The translations under genes were made by a program, and so were the position numbers. Shown here in pieces: positions 22,012 to 33,177 of a stretch of DNA of 64,000 nt. The notes under the pieces were generated by a model. That model searched no databases. It was not told the DNA's origin and saw nothing but the letters and a program-made list of their open reading frames with translations. Positions within the stretch are counted from its first letter, which is position 1; every line of letters begins with the position of its first letter. The stretch comes from an uncultured Chloroflexia bacterium (GTDB lineage: Bacteria > Chloroflexota > Limnocylindria > Limnocylindrales > CSP1-4): assembly GCA_963819655.1 (NCBI GenBank), contig CAWFXA010000002.1, forward strand, positions 672,001 through 736,000. Direction: 5' to 3'.

Positions 22012-23464
22012 CCTTCTTGCGCGGCGCGCGCTCGAGCTGACCAGCGCGATCCGGCCACTCGTAGCCGGCCCACGGGTCGTAGTCCGGATCCAGCTTCTCC
22101 TGCGGAGGCCGTTCTCCGTCGGGCACGTGGGTCAGATTGACCCGGACCCGATACCACAGCGACGAGCGGCCGCGCATCCCATCGACCAGGACGTCCGCCG
22201 GCTCGAGCGCCTCGGCGGCCGTCGGATGGCGCGCCTTCCAGCGCTCGAACCCCTCGAGTGCCTCGGCCTTCGATGCGGCGCGTGAGATCTCGATCACCGG
22301 GACGTTGGTGCGCCGCCTGCCGGTCGGGGTCGGGCGCGAGCCCTCCCAGTCGGTCGGGAGCCCGGCGTTGCGATCGCCCGCGGCGACCGCGGCAGCTCGT
22401 TCCGCGGCGACTTCCGGCGGTGGCCCGCCCGCCTCGCCTCGTCCCGTCTCGTACTCGGTGTCGGGTCTGCGCTTGCGCGACGGCTGCACCCGCGGCGGCT
22501 CACCGGCCTGCTTCGCGTAGTTCGGCGGCCACGGTGCGTCGCCCTCTCCCTCCGCCTCGTGCTTCGCCGACAGCTCGAGGAGGGCCTCCAGGGAGCCGAC
22601 GGCGTCGTCGATCCCGGCGCCCGGGTCGCCGATCGAGGCGTACCGCGCCGGCACCGTGGCGATCGTGAACGCCTCGGCTTCGCAGGTCGGCACCTCGTCC
22701 CAGGACAGGGGCATCGAGACCCGCGCGTCAGGCAGCGGCCGCACCGAATACGCCGATGCGACCGTGCGGTCCTTGGCGTTCTGGTTGTAGTCGAGGAACA
22801 CGCCCTGGCGCTCCTCTTTCCACCACTTGGATGTCGCCCTGCCCGGCATCCGCCGCTCGACGTCCCGGGCCAGGGCCAACGCGGCACGCCGCACCTCGGG
22901 ATACGTCCAGCGGCGCTCGATGCGCACGTTGATGTGGATCCCGCGCGATCCCGACGTCTTCGGCCAGCCGACCAGGTCGACGTCGGTCAGCGCCTCGTGG
23001 CACGCCATCGCCACATCGCGGATCTGCGGCCACTCGATGCCCGGCACCGGGTCGAGGTCGACCCGTAACTCGTCGGGATGGTCGAGGTCATCGGCGCGGA
23101 CGGGATGCGGGTTGAGATCGATGCAGCCGAGGTTGACGACCCAGATCAGAGCGGCAGCCTCGTCCACGACGATCTCGTCGGCGGTCCGGCCGGACGGGAA
23201 GGTGAGCTCAGCGGTCCTGATCCAGTCGGGCGTGTTGTCCGGTGCACGCTTCTGGAAGAACGGCTCCTTGGTGATCCCATCGACGAATCGCTTGAGGGCC
23301 ATCGGGCGCCCGCGGATGCCGGTCAGCGCACCGTCGGCGACAGCAAGGTAGTACTGGACCAGGTCGAGCTTCGTGTACCCGGTGTCTGGGAAGTACACCT
23401 TCTGCGGGTTGGAGATCGACACCTCGCGACCGCCGATCTCGAGGATCTCCTTGGGCGTCGGCAT
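21998..23464 (-). CDS. LigD-type primase-polymerase (Prim-PolC-like) with C-terminal extension
   Basis: ISNPQKVYFP, FFQKR, PDELRVDLDP, KTSGSRGIH, FLDYNQNAKDRT, AYSVRP. Confidence 0.92.
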   Translation of the reverse strand: MPTPKEILEIGGREVSISNPQKVYFPDTGYTKLDLVQYYLAVADGALTGIRGRPMALKRFVDGITKEPFFQKRAPDNTPDWIRTAELTFPSGRTADEIVVDEAAALIWVVNLGCIDLNPHPVRADDLDHPDELRVDLDPVPGIEWPQIRDVAMACHEALTDVDLVGWPKTSGSRGIHINVRIERRWTYPEVRRAALALARDVERRMPGRATSKWWKEERQGVFLDYNQNAKDRTVASAYSVRPLPDARVSMPLSWDEVPTCEAEAFTIATVPARYASIGDPGAGIDDAVGSLEALLELSAKHEAEGEGDAPWPPNYAKQAGEPPRVQPSRKRRPDTEYETGRGEAGGPPPEVAAERAAAVAAGDRNAGLPTDWEGSRPTPTGRRRTNVPVIEISRAASKAEALEGFERWKARHPTAAEALEPADVLVDGMRGRSSLWYRVRVNLTHVPDGERPPQEKLDPDYDPWAGYEWPDRAGQLERAPRKKVSES

Positions 23465-23606
23465 AGGGGAACGATACGCTCGACAGCCATCCCGCCGGGA
23501 GGGATGATGCCAGGGCTCCGGCGCGACGCTGTCGATTCGGGTGCCGGCCGTTCGTCGTACGGGTGATGGTCACCGACCGAGGCCAGGAGCCACCAGGAGG
23601 CACGAC

Positions 23607-24008
23607 ATGCGCTACGCGATCCTCATCTACGACTCCGAGACTGCGAACCCATCGCCCGAACCGCCGGATCCCGAGATCCTCGGCGAGGTCATGTCCGCCT
23701 ACAGCGGCTACAGCCAGATGCTCAAGGACCGCGGCGCCTACCTGGGCGGCGAGGCCCTCCAGCCCAATCCGACCGCGACGACCCTGCGCCTCAAGGACGG
23801 CCAGACCGTCACGACCGACGGCCCGTTCGCTGAGACCAAGGAGGGGCTCGGCGGCTTCTACCTGATCGAGGCCAAGGATCTCGACGAGGCCTTGGCGCTT
23901 GCCGCGCAGTGCCCGGGCATCCGTGCAGGGACCATCGAGGTCCGGCCGGTCTGGGAGACCGCCGGGTCGGAGCAGGATCAGGCACCGGTCGGGGCGACCG
24001 CGGGCTGA
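23607..24008 (+). CDS. YciI/DGPF-family protein
   Basis: TDGPFAETKEGLGGFYLIE, IEVRPV; AGGAGG RBS. Confidence 0.92.
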   Translation: MRYAILIYDSETANPSPEPPDPEILGEVMSAYSGYSQMLKDRGAYLGGEALQPNPTATTLRLKDGQTVTTDGPFAETKEGLGGFYLIEAKDLDEALALAAQCPGIRAGTIEVRPVWETAGSEQDQAPVGATAG

Positions 24009-25302
24009 ACCTCGACACCGCCGCCACCCACGACATCGTCGACCGCCTGTTCCGCGAGGAGCAGGGACGGGCGGTCGCGACGCTCATCCGCGTCCTCGGC
24101 GACTTCGACCTCGCCGAGGAGGCGGTCCAGGACGCGTTCATCGCCGCACTCGAGGTCTGGCCCGACCGCGGCATCCCGGCAAATCCGGGTGCATGGATCA
24201 CGACGACCGCCCGGAACCGGGCGATCGACCGGATCCGCCGCCGTCGGAGACTTCGCGACAAGACCGACGAGCTGGCCCGCGATGCGGCGATCGAGGCGGA
24301 TCTGGCGGCGATCGAGACCGGCACCGGTTCGGACGACGACATGCCGATCGCCGACGATCGACTGCGCCTGATCTTCACGTGCTGTCACCCGGCCCTGCCG
24401 CTCGACGGCCGGGTCGCGCTGACGCTGCGCACGCTGGGCGGCCTCACGACACCCGAGATCGCGCGCGCGTTCCTCGTCCCCGAATCGACGCTGGCCCAGC
24501 GGCTGGTCCGTGCCAAGGGCAAGATCCGCGCGGCCGGCATCCCGTATCGCGTGCCGCCGCGCGAGCTGCTGCCCGAGAGGCTCGACGGCGTCCTGAAGGT
24601 GCTCTATCTCGTGTTCAACGAGGGCTACTCTGCGTCGTCGGGCGACGCCCTCGTCCGGCGCGAGCTGAGTGCCGAGGCGATCCGACTGGCACGGATCGTG
24701 GTCTCGTTGCTCCCCGACGAGCCCGAGGCGAGCGGGTTGCTGGCACTCATGCTCCTCCACGACGCCCGGCGCGATGCGCGCGTCGACGCGGCCGGTGATC
24801 TCGTGCTGCTCGAGCACCAGGATCGGAGTCGGTGGGATGCCGAGCGGATCGACGAGGGCCGCGCGCTCGTGGAGCGTGCGCTGCGGCTCGGTCGCGCAGG
24901 TCCCTACCAGATCCAGGCGGCGATCGCCGCGCTGCACGACGACGCGACCACGTGGGCCGCGACCGACTGGCCGCAGATCGTGGAGCTGTATCGACGCCAT
25001 CTCGCGTTCGATCCGTCACCGGTCGTGGAGCTCAACCTCGGCGTCGCCGTCGCGATGGCCGACGGGCCGGCCGTCGGCCTCGCGGTCATCGACGGCGTGG
25101 CGGCCGGTGGCCAGCTCGACGGCTACCCGTATCTGCACTCTGCGCGCGCGGACCTGCTCCGACGCCTCGATCGGCGATCGGAAGCGGCGGCGGCGTACGG
25201 TCGCGCCCTCGAGCTCACCACGAACCGGGCGGAGCGAGCCTTCCTCGAGCGGCGTTGGCAGGACTGTGCACGGCAGGCCCGGGAACGGAGCGCCTTTCCT
25301 GA
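24005..25302 (+). CDS. ECF sigma factor with C-terminal TPR/DUF6596 extension; apparent frameshift near 25254
   Basis: DFDLAEEAVQDAF, DDRLRLIFTCCHPAL, LYLVFNEGY, GPYQIQAAIAA. One added base gives FLERRLAGL...stop at 25302. Confidence 0.88.
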
Positions 25303-25372
25303 GGGGCGCCGTGATGGGCGGCGTCGGCGCCGCCCGACCGAGGGGCGGCTCCCGCGCACTACCATCGGTATC

Positions 25373-26146
25373 GTGACTCGTGGCCGGATCGTCGCGACCC
25401 TCGACCGGCCGCCGGTCGCCGTGGCGCTGTCCGCGGCGACGATCCTGGTGCCACTGCTCTTCGTGGTCGCGCTCCAGCCGCCCCTCGACCAGCCCTTCGC
25501 CAAGGACGTGACGCTGTACCTGGATGCCGCGGACCGGTGGCTGGCCGGCGGCCCGTTCTACGAGCCGCGTCAGCTGGCCGGACCGTACGAGGTCGCGCAC
25601 GGCGACATCCTCTATCCGCCAGTCGGGCTGTGGCTGTTCGCCCCGGCCGCGATCCTGCCGGAGATCCCGGCGCTGGTCCTGTGGTGGGGCATCCCGGCCG
25701 CCCTCACTGCATGGGCGATCCATCGGGTCGGGCCCCGACCCGCGGTCTGGCCGCTCATCGCGCTGTGTCTGGCCTGGCCGACGACGCCGCTCAAGATCTG
25801 GACGGGCAACCCGGTCATCTGGAGCATGGCCGCGATGGCGGTCGCGATCGTCTGGCGCGGTGGCGCCCCGTTCGCGCTGCTAAAGCCGAGCCTGTTCCCG
25901 TTCGCCCTGTTCGGGCTCCGGCAACGGGCGTGGTGGATCGGGCTCGGGATCTTTGTCGCGCTGTGCCTGCCGTTCGGCGCGATGTGGCTCGACTGGACCA
26001 CGACCGTTCTCAACGCGCAGGGTGGCGGGCTCCTCTATTCGACACTGGAAGCGCCGATGCTGGCGCTGCCGCTCGTTGCATGGGCTGGGCGGCGCCGCGA
26101 GCCGGCCGGACCGTCGGGCACGGATATGCCATCCTCGGGGGCATGA
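25373..26146 (+). CDS. Multi-pass membrane protein (GT-C/GT87-like)
   Basis: D..LYLDAADRW...FY, LYPP, LLKP motifs and TMs; leaderless TACCAT before the GTG. Confidence 0.65.
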   Translation: MTRGRIVATLDRPPVAVALSAATILVPLLFVVALQPPLDQPFAKDVTLYLDAADRWLAGGPFYEPRQLAGPYEVAHGDILYPPVGLWLFAPAAILPEIPALVLWWGIPAALTAWAIHRVGPRPAVWPLIALCLAWPTTPLKIWTGNPVIWSMAAMAVAIVWRGGAPFALLKPSLFPFALFGLRQRAWWIGLGIFVALCLPFGAMWLDWTTTVLNAQGGGLLYSTLEAPMLALPLVAWAGRRREPAGPSGTDMPSSGA

Positions 26147-26168
26147 TCCCGACCACTCCGGGGCGTCG

Positions 26169-27224
26169 ATGCTGACCGACGTCCTCGTTCTGCTCGTCAG
26201 CCTCGTCGTCATCCTGTTCGCGGCCGAGCTCTTCACCAACGGCATCGAATGGATGGGTCGCAAGCTCGGTCTCGGCGAAGGCGCCGTCGGATCGGTGCTT
26301 GCGGCGGTCGGCACCGCGCTGCCCGAGACCCTCATCCCGATCATCGCGATCGTCTTCGCGACGGCCGAGGGGTCGCACGAGGTCGGGGTCGGCGCGATCC
26401 TGGGCGCACCGTTCATGCTGTCGACGCTGGCGATGTTCGTGACGGGCGTGGCCATCGTCGCGTTCCGGGCGCGCCGGACGATGGGCACCGTCGTGGCCGT
26501 CGATACCGGGATCCTCGCGTACGACCTGCGCTACTTCTTCGTCGGGTACGGACTGGCCGTAGGGGCGGCCTTCCTGCCGGCAGACCTGTCCGCCGCTCGC
26601 TGGATCGTTGCGGTCGTCCTGATCGGCCTGTACATCTGGTATGTCAAGGGTCACTTGGCAGGCGAGGCGGCCGATCACAGCGAGGATCTCGCGCCGCTCC
26701 GGATGCGCACGCTCGATCGAGGCGCCTATCGACTCGAGCCAGGTGATCCGCGGCTCCGCGTCATCGTTCTCCAGGTCCTGGCGGCCATCGGCCTGATCAT
26801 CATCGGCGCGGTGTTCTTCATCGATGCCGTCAACAACGTCGCCCACACGCTCGGAGTGAGCGAGGTGCTCCTGGCCCTCGTGATCGCCCCGATCGCCACG
26901 GAACTGCCCGAGAAGTTCAACTCGATCATCTGGGTTCGCCAGGGCAAGGACACTCTCGCGCTCGGCAACATCACCGGCGCGATGGTCTTCCAATCGACGA
27001 TCCCGACCGTCGTCGGCCTGACCCTGGCAGCGGACACCTGGGTCGTCCAGGAGGGCTCGTACACGGCCTTTGCGTCGGCGGCGATCGCGCTCATCGCGAC
27101 TGCGGTGATCTTCATCCCGGCACGTCGGCGGGGCGGCCTGGAGGCGCGCCACCTGCTCGTCGGCGGGCTGTTCTACCTGGGTTACCTGATCTTCGTGGTC
27201 GGCCTGATCGCAGGCGTGTTCTAG
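26169..27224 (+). CDS. Sodium/calcium exchanger (CaCA) family antiporter
   Basis: Alpha repeats GTALPE and ATELPE, LGNITGA; about 10 TMs. Confidence 0.9.
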   Translation: MLTDVLVLLVSLVVILFAAELFTNGIEWMGRKLGLGEGAVGSVLAAVGTALPETLIPIIAIVFATAEGSHEVGVGAILGAPFMLSTLAMFVTGVAIVAFRARRTMGTVVAVDTGILAYDLRYFFVGYGLAVGAAFLPADLSAARWIVAVVLIGLYIWYVKGHLAGEAADHSEDLAPLRMRTLDRGAYRLEPGDPRLRVIVLQVLAAIGLIIIGAVFFIDAVNNVAHTLGVSEVLLALVIAPIATELPEKFNSIIWVRQGKDTLALGNITGAMVFQSTIPTVVGLTLAADTWVVQEGSYTAFASAAIALIATAVIFIPARRRGGLEARHLLVGGLFYLGYLIFVVGLIAGVF

Positions 27225-27340
27225 CGTCTCCGCCTGGGCCCGCGCGGCTCGGGCTAGCACGACGGTCACGGGGTCATACTGTGGAGCGAGTCCAGCCGCC
27301 TGAGCGGGATGCCGTCGCGGCGGCCTGGCAGGAGGCCGAT

Positions 27341-28430
27341 ATGTCCGACGACACCCGCAGCCGTGACCACCCGACCGGCGCGGCGACGATGTCCGTGCCG
27401 ACCAGCGGGCCCGGCTTGATCCGGTCCATCGCTCATCGCCTCGCAGGCGAGCAACTCGGGCTGCCAGTCGAGGGGCACCTGGCATCGTTCAGCGGCGCGA
27501 CCGGCTGGCTCAACTCCGAGCCGCTGACGCCAGAAGGACTCCGGGGACGGGTGGTCCTCGTCGACTTCTGGACATACACGTGCGTCAACTGGCTCCGGAC
27601 GCTGCCCTATGTCCGGGCCTGGGCGGCGAAGTACGGCGACGCCGGCCTCACCGTCGTCGGGGTGCACACGCCGGAGTTCGGGTTCGAGCGAAACGTCGAC
27701 AACGTCGTACGCGAGTCGCGCAACTTCCGGGTCGAGTTTCCGATCGCACTCGACCCCGACTACGCGGTCTGGAGCGCGTTCGCGAACCACTTCTGGCCGG
27801 CCGTCTACATCGCCGACGTCGACGGACGGATCCGTTACCACCACTTCGGCGAGGGTGAGTACGCCGCGATCGAGATGGCGATCCAGCAGCTCCTCCTGGA
27901 CGCGGGCGTGGAAGACGTCGATCAGGATCTCGTGGACGTCGACCCCGTCGGGCTCGAGGTGGCCGCCGACTGGCGGACGCTCCAGTCTCCTGAGTCCTAC
28001 ACCGGCTATGGGCAGAGTGCCGGCTTCGCCCAGGGCGAGGTCGCTCGCTTCGACGAACCCCATGCGTACACCGCCCCCTCGCCATTGCCCCTCAACTACT
28101 GGGGGCTCGCGGGGACGTGGACGGTTGCCCGACACGCTGCCGTGGTGAACGAGCCTGGCGGACGGATCGCGTTCCGCTTCCATGCCCGCGACGTCAACCT
28201 CGTCATGGGACCGGCGTCGCGCGGTGCGTTCTATCCCGTTCCGGGTCTTCCTCGACGGTCAGCTCGCGCGGGACGTCCACGGGACCGACGTCGACCCCGA
28301 CGGCAGCGGAGTCGTGAACGACCAGCGCACGTATCAACTGATCCGCCAACGTGGGCCGATCGCCGACCGCACCTTCGAGATCGAGTTCCTCGATCGAGGT
28401 GCGGAGGCTTACTGCTTCACGTTCGGCTGA
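27341..28430 (+). CDS. DipZ C-terminal-like thioredoxin; apparent frameshift near 28230
   Basis: WLNSEPL, DFWTYTCVNW, GVHTPEF, HFGEGEY. The C-terminus RTYQLIRQ...AEAYCFTFG is in the next frame. Confidence 0.85.
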
Positions 28431-28442
28431 GGCGGGAACGAT

Positions 28443-29153
28443 ATGGCCGACGATCCTTCGACTTCGGACGCACCCGTACCCGCACCCGCAGTCGCATTGT
28501 CGCCACGCGATCCCGTCGCACCGATCGTCGTGCCGAACACGCTCTGGCGGGCCGCAGATCCGGAGGCGTACGGCGGGGGTCAACCCAGCGACATCACCCA
28601 CCTGGCCGAGTTCGAGGCGAGCGGGCTCGGTCGACGAGACGACGCACGCTGGTCGGGCGCCCTCGAGGTCATCCCGACCAAGGCCGACGTCGTGCTCGAC
28701 CTGATCCGGTTGAACAGCCTATGGCCATTGCTCTCGGGCCTCGCCTGCTGCGCCATCGAGATGATCTCGGCGGCGACCAGCAAGAACGATATGGACCGGT
28801 TCGGCTGGTTCCCGTTCCGGGCCAGCCCACGCCAGGCCGACGTCCTGATCGTCGCCGGGACGTGCACGACGAAGATGGCCGGTCCGCTCATCCGGCTGTG
28901 GGACCAGATGCCGGAGCCCAAGTGGTGCATCGCCCTGGGCGACTGCACCTGCTCCGGCGGTCGCTATAAGCGGAGCTATTCGACGATCGAGGGGATCGAC
29001 CGGATCATGCCCGTCGACATCTACATCCCCGGCTGCCCGCCGCGGCCGGAGGGTCTGATCTTCGGGTTCCTCAAGCTCCAGCAGCTGATCAAGGACCGTC
29101 GCGGCCACTGGCCGGAGCGGGCGATCGGGCCGAACGTGCCGGACGGCGTCTAG
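28443..29153 (+). CDS. nuoB: NADH-quinone oxidoreductase subunit B-like Fe-S protein (stand-alone)
   Basis: [28 protein letters not shown]...[20 protein letters not shown]. Confidence 0.9.
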   Translation: MADDPSTSDAPVPAPAVALSPRDPVAPIVVPNTLWRAADPEAYGGGQPSDITHLAEFEASGLGRRDDARWSGALEVIPTKADVVLDLIRLNSLWPLLSGLACCAIEMISAATSKNDMDRFGWFPFRASPRQADVLIVAGTCTTKMAGPLIRLWDQMPEPKWCIALGDCTCSGGRYKRSYSTIEGIDRIMPVDIYIPGCPPRPEGLIFGFLKLQQLIKDRRGHWPERAIGPNVPDGV

Positions 29154-29372
29154 CGCCTGGCGATCGCGCGTCCCAGCGCGGCCGGTCAGAAGCCCCGCCG
29201 GGGGTATGTGCCCCAGGTCCGCATCGGCCGCGCGACCACGCCCGCTACCCGGTAGCGGGTAAGGCAGAACTCCGGCCAGCAGCCGCGTGCGACGTCCGCC
29301 AGCTGTGATGCCAGTGCCGCCCGCATCTGCGACCTTCAGATGAACTCCCTGTTCACTGAAGGAGACCCACAA

Positions 29373-29948
29373 ATGTCCTCAGATCGGAACCAAGACGCTC
29401 GCGCCAGAGGCACGCGGATCGCAGCCCGGTGGCTCGGCATCGGCGTGTTGGCGTTGGCCGCTGCCGGCTGCGCCACGGGAGGCGCCGGTTCGGCCGGCTA
29501 CGGAGCCCCGGCGGCGTCCGCCGCCGCGGTGCCCGCCACGGGCGAGGCCATCACTGCGCAGACCACGTCGCTCGGCGTGATCCTGGTCGACGGCGCCGGC
29601 CGCACCGTGTACGAGTTCGCCAACGACACCAACGGCACGTCGGCATGCACCGGGGCGTGCGCGGCCAACTGGCCGCCCGTCGCGGCGCCGTCGCCGCTGC
29701 CCACGTCGCTGCCCGGAGTGACCGGCCAGCTCGGCGCGATCACCCGCCAGGACGGGACCAGCCAGATCACCGTGGCCGGCCACCCGCTCTACACGTTCGC
29801 CGGCGACACCGCGCCCGGCCAGACCAACGGTCAAGGCAAGGTTCTCGACGGTGGCCTCTGGACAGTCGCGTCCGCGGCGGGCGCGCCGGTGGCGAACGCC
29901 AACCCGCCCAGCGCTGCGCCGGCAGCCCCGGTCGCTCCCGGCTACTGA
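29373..29948 (+). CDS. Secreted-repeat (Y-X4-D) lipoprotein
   Basis: Lipobox AAGC; GRTVYEFAND, CTGACAANWPP, GHPLYTFAGD. Confidence 0.88.
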   Translation: MSSDRNQDARARGTRIAARWLGIGVLALAAAGCATGGAGSAGYGAPAASAAAVPATGEAITAQTTSLGVILVDGAGRTVYEFANDTNGTSACTGACAANWPPVAAPSPLPTSLPGVTGQLGAITRQDGTSQITVAGHPLYTFAGDTAPGQTNGQGKVLDGGLWTVASAAGAPVANANPPSAAPAAPVAPGY

Positions 29949-29955
29949 GACTTGT

Positions 29956-29986
29956 GCGGCAGGCAGGCCGGGGGCCTGCCTGCCGC
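29956..29986 (+). terminator. GC-rich hairpin (14-bp stem) after the lipoprotein gene
   Basis: GCGGCAGGCAGGCC-ggg-GGCCTGCCTGCCGC; no U-tract. Confidence 0.55.
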
Positions 29987-30031
29987 CGAGAGAGCCCATC
30001 GCGGCCGATGAACCGATAGGAGCGGGAGCCC

Positions 30032-30634
30032 ATGCGACCCGACATCAAGCCCTCGATGCCGTTCCCCGACTACGAGCTGCCTGACCAGAACGGCCGCCGC
30101 CGCCGGCTGTCGGAGATGCAGGGCGGCGACTCGATGATCCTTGTGCTGTCGCGCGGCCACTTCTGCCCCAAGGATCGCCGCCAGCACGCCAACCTCGTCG
30201 ACATGTACCCGGAGATCCGGGTCGCCTACACGAAGATCGTCACGATCAGCACCGACAACCTGCTCGAACTCAACGAGATGCGCGATGGGCTCGGCGCCGG
30301 GTGGCCGTTCCTGTCCGACCCCGGCCGAACCATCCAGAAGGACCTCGACATCGCCGAGTACACCGACCCGAGGCATGATCCGATGATCCCGTACACGCTC
30401 GTCCTCGAGCCGGGCCTCCGGATCTACTCGATGTACAACGGGTACTGGTACTGGGGTCGCCCGTCGAATGATGACCTGCGCCGCGATCTGCGGGAGGTCA
30501 CCCGGAGGATCCGGCCCGACTGGGATCTCGGCACGCCGGGCCTGCGGGAGAAGTGGGACCAGGGCCAGCGCGATGACGACTTCTGGCCGTATGGCCGCTC
30601 GATGCGCGAGGTCCTTGCCGCCCAGGAGGCATGA
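30032..30634 (+). CDS. Redoxin/AhpC-TSA-like protein
   Basis: FPDYELPDQNG, RGHFCPKD, FLSDPGR. Confidence 0.82.
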   Translation: MRPDIKPSMPFPDYELPDQNGRRRRLSEMQGGDSMILVLSRGHFCPKDRRQHANLVDMYPEIRVAYTKIVTISTDNLLELNEMRDGLGAGWPFLSDPGRTIQKDLDIAEYTDPRHDPMIPYTLVLEPGLRIYSMYNGYWYWGRPSNDDLRRDLREVTRRIRPDWDLGTPGLREKWDQGQRDDDFWPYGRSMREVLAAQEA

Positions 30635-30698
30635 GCCTGACATCCAGGCGCACCCCGGCGTCCAACCCAGGCCCATCCAGGAGATCAAGGAGCACGTC

Positions 30699-31172
30699 AT
30701 GTCCAAGATCCACGTCAAGCAGACGACCACGCTGACGCCAGAGCAGTTCATCGCGGGGCTCACCGACTTCGGCCCGGGTCGCTCGAAGCTCTTCCCAAAC
30801 AGCGCCGACCAGTACCTCAAGGTGCATGACGAGGGCCCCGATCAAGCCGACGTCACCGAGGGCTCGGCCGGGATCTGGGAACGCCTGCACTACGACTGGT
30901 CCGATCCCAACCGCGTCGTGCTCACGACCACCGACTCCAACGTGTGGGGAGGCGACTCGGGCCACACCTACACCTTCACACGACAGCCCGGCGGGACGAC
31001 CGATGTTGACGTCGTTATGGTGCGCGAGGGCAAGAACCTCAGGGGACGGGTGCTCGCGCTCGTCGTCGGGATGGTCGGCAAGCGTGCGCTGGAGAAGGGG
31101 CTCGGACAGACCATCAAGGCGATCGAAGCCCGGAACCAACGCCAGCCCCAGTTGCGGGTGTCGAGATCCTGA
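30699..31172 (+). CDS. Hypothetical protein, START/SRPBCC-like
   Basis: AAGGAG RBS; conserved-looking WERLHYDWSD motif. Confidence 0.65.
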   Translation: MSKIHVKQTTTLTPEQFIAGLTDFGPGRSKLFPNSADQYLKVHDEGPDQADVTEGSAGIWERLHYDWSDPNRVVLTTTDSNVWGGDSGHTYTFTRQPGGTTDVDVVMVREGKNLRGRVLALVVGMVGKRALEKGLGQTIKAIEARNQRQPQLRVSRS

Positions 31173-31187
31173 CTCCGAGAGCTCGCT

Positions 31188-33152
31188 TCAGACCCGAGCG
31201 TCGGCCTCTGACCGGGCCGGAACACTGAAGCGGTAGCCGAGTCCTCGAACGGTTTCGATCGAGCCCGCGTGGTCTCCCAGTTTCCGCCTTAGCGAGCGAA
31301 CGTTGGCCTCGATCACGTTGCTCCCGCCCGCGTATTCGTAGCCCCAGACGTCTCGCAGCAGCGCGGCGCGCTCCACGACGTGCCCCTGGTGCTGCTGGAG
31401 GTAGCTGATCACGTCGAACTCGAGCTTCGTGAGGTCGACCCGTCGCCCGTCAAGGACGAGCTGATGCTGCACGAGATCCAGGATCGAGTCGTCCTCGATC
31501 TGGAGCTCCGCGGCGACGAGCCTGGCCAACCAGCCGTCGATCGACGACGGACCGAAATCATTCTGTGTCGCGTAGTACGGCACGCCATCGAACTCGATGG
31601 GATCGCCCGGTAGCAGCTCGAAACCGAGCGGGGCCACCATCGGGCCGTACGTGGCGACGTCCTGGACGATCGAATAGATCCGCCGGAGGGTCGGCCGCAT
31701 CTCCATGTACAGGCGCTTGATGTCGAGCCAGCTGGCGGCCTGGACCGGAGATGGCGCCTCGCCGTGATCGCGAGACAGCCAGGCCCGGCTGTACAGGACG
31801 CGTTGGCCGCTTGGCACGGGATGCCGCCGGAGATGATCCCAACACCTGGCGAGGAAGAGATCCTCTTCGACGAGCCGGTGGCTCACGCTGTCGATCTCGC
31901 ACACGGTATAGAAGCCGGCGACCGTATCAAGCCGGTCACGCAGGACCCGGAAGGCATCCGGCGCGAGGCGCCACCATGCCGCCATCACGCTCGCCGAAGC
32001 GGGCAGCATGTGGCGGCTCGCGATCTCGGCGATCGCCGGACCGTCAGCCGGCCGGGCGGCCTCGGCGGAGAAAAGGTGGTCGGTCGTCGGGAAGAACGCC
32101 TCACGGACGATCGGGTTCTCGAGGATGTAGAGGAGGTCCGCCGTATATCGCCACATCTCGTGCTGCGGAGCGTGGGCGACCTCCTCGCGGAGCTGGCGCC
32201 AGGCCGCCGCACGATATCGCTTGGAACGCGCAGGATCGGACGCGCGGAGTAGAGCCGCGATCGACTCGCGAACCGTGTCGTGGATGACGAGACCGTCGTC
32301 GCCGAGCTCCACGAACGGCAGCGTGCCCAGTCGGTCGAAGGCATCCTGTGGAGCGGTTTCCGGAAGCATCGCGGCGAGCAGTGACAGGGTCGGCCGACGG
32401 ACGACTGACGCGGCATCAAGCGCCACGCGGGTCTTCGGGTCGAGGCCGCCGAGGTAGAGGTCGGTCAGGCCGTCCACGACGGCCTTGACAGCCACAGCCT
32501 CGAGACTGACGCCCGGGCGTTCGATCAGCGCCGACGCGGCGAGCCGAAGCGACAGCGGGTGTCCGCGGGCGAGACGGTAGATGCGGTCCGCATCGCCCCC
32601 ATCGACTCCGGCCCGCTTGAGAAGGTCCTCGGCTTCATCGCGACGAAGATTCTCGAGCGGGAGACCCCGAAAGAGTCCGCCCAGGGCGCTTGGCCAGCCG
32701 GTCATCGGCGGCTCCCGACCCGACAGGACGATCCGGATCCTGTCGGACAGGACGGGCACGAACGCCTGGCGCAGCCATGGATCAAGCAGCCGAGCGAGTT
32801 CATACGTGTCGAGGACGAGCACGACCCGTTCACCGAGCTTCCCCAGCCTGGCGGCGGCGGCGTCGGCGGTGATCAGCTCGCCGCCCGTCTTGCCTTCGAG
32901 CGCGGCGAGGAAGCCTCGCTCGGTCGGCTCGATCGAGCGACAGTCCAGTCGGAGCACGGTCGCCCCGACGGCCCGTGCCTCGACGCCGAACGCCTCGACA
33001 AGAGCCGACTTGCCGATGCCGGCGATGCCATGGACGAACACCACGAGAGGGCCGTCCTCGCCGAGCAACCGGCGAAGGACGTCCATCTCGTCGTCGCGCC
33101 CGACCAGCCGGGTCGCCTGCTCATCGATCAGCTGGCGAATGGTCTGGGTCAT
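31188..33152 (-). CDS. STAND-type ATPase with C-terminal OmpR-type winged-helix domain
   Basis: LVGRDDE, Walker A GIAGIGKS, GHPLSL, LTKLEF...LRRKLG...TVRGLGY. Confidence 0.88.
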   Translation of the reverse strand: MTQTIRQLIDEQATRLVGRDDEMDVLRRLLGEDGPLVVFVHGIAGIGKSALVEAFGVEARAVGATVLRLDCRSIEPTERGFLAALEGKTGGELITADAAAARLGKLGERVVLVLDTYELARLLDPWLRQAFVPVLSDRIRIVLSGREPPMTGWPSALGGLFRGLPLENLRRDEAEDLLKRAGVDGGDADRIYRLARGHPLSLRLAASALIERPGVSLEAVAVKAVVDGLTDLYLGGLDPKTRVALDAASVVRRPTLSLLAAMLPETAPQDAFDRLGTLPFVELGDDGLVIHDTVRESIAALLRASDPARSKRYRAAAWRQLREEVAHAPQHEMWRYTADLLYILENPIVREAFFPTTDHLFSAEAARPADGPAIAEIASRHMLPASASVMAAWWRLAPDAFRVLRDRLDTVAGFYTVCEIDSVSHRLVEEDLFLARCWDHLRRHPVPSGQRVLYSRAWLSRDHGEAPSPVQAASWLDIKRLYMEMRPTLRRIYSIVQDVATYGPMVAPLGFELLPGDPIEFDGVPYYATQNDFGPSSIDGWLARLVAAELQIEDDSILDLVQHQLVLDGRRVDLTKLEFDVISYLQQHQGHVVERAALLRDVWGYEYAGGSNVIEANVRSLRRKLGDHAGSIETVRGLGYRFSVPARSEADARV

Positions 33153-33177
33153 CGAGCGATTCTGCGCTCTGCGTCAA

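Noticed and set aside
23909-26146. 745-aa sigma factor-membrane protein fusion
   Set aside because: Explained by a 1-bp frameshift near 25254; the downstream gene has its own -10 element and GTG start.
27281-28969. 562-aa extended thioredoxin ORF
   Set aside because: Read-through from a frameshift into an off-frame overlap with nuoB.
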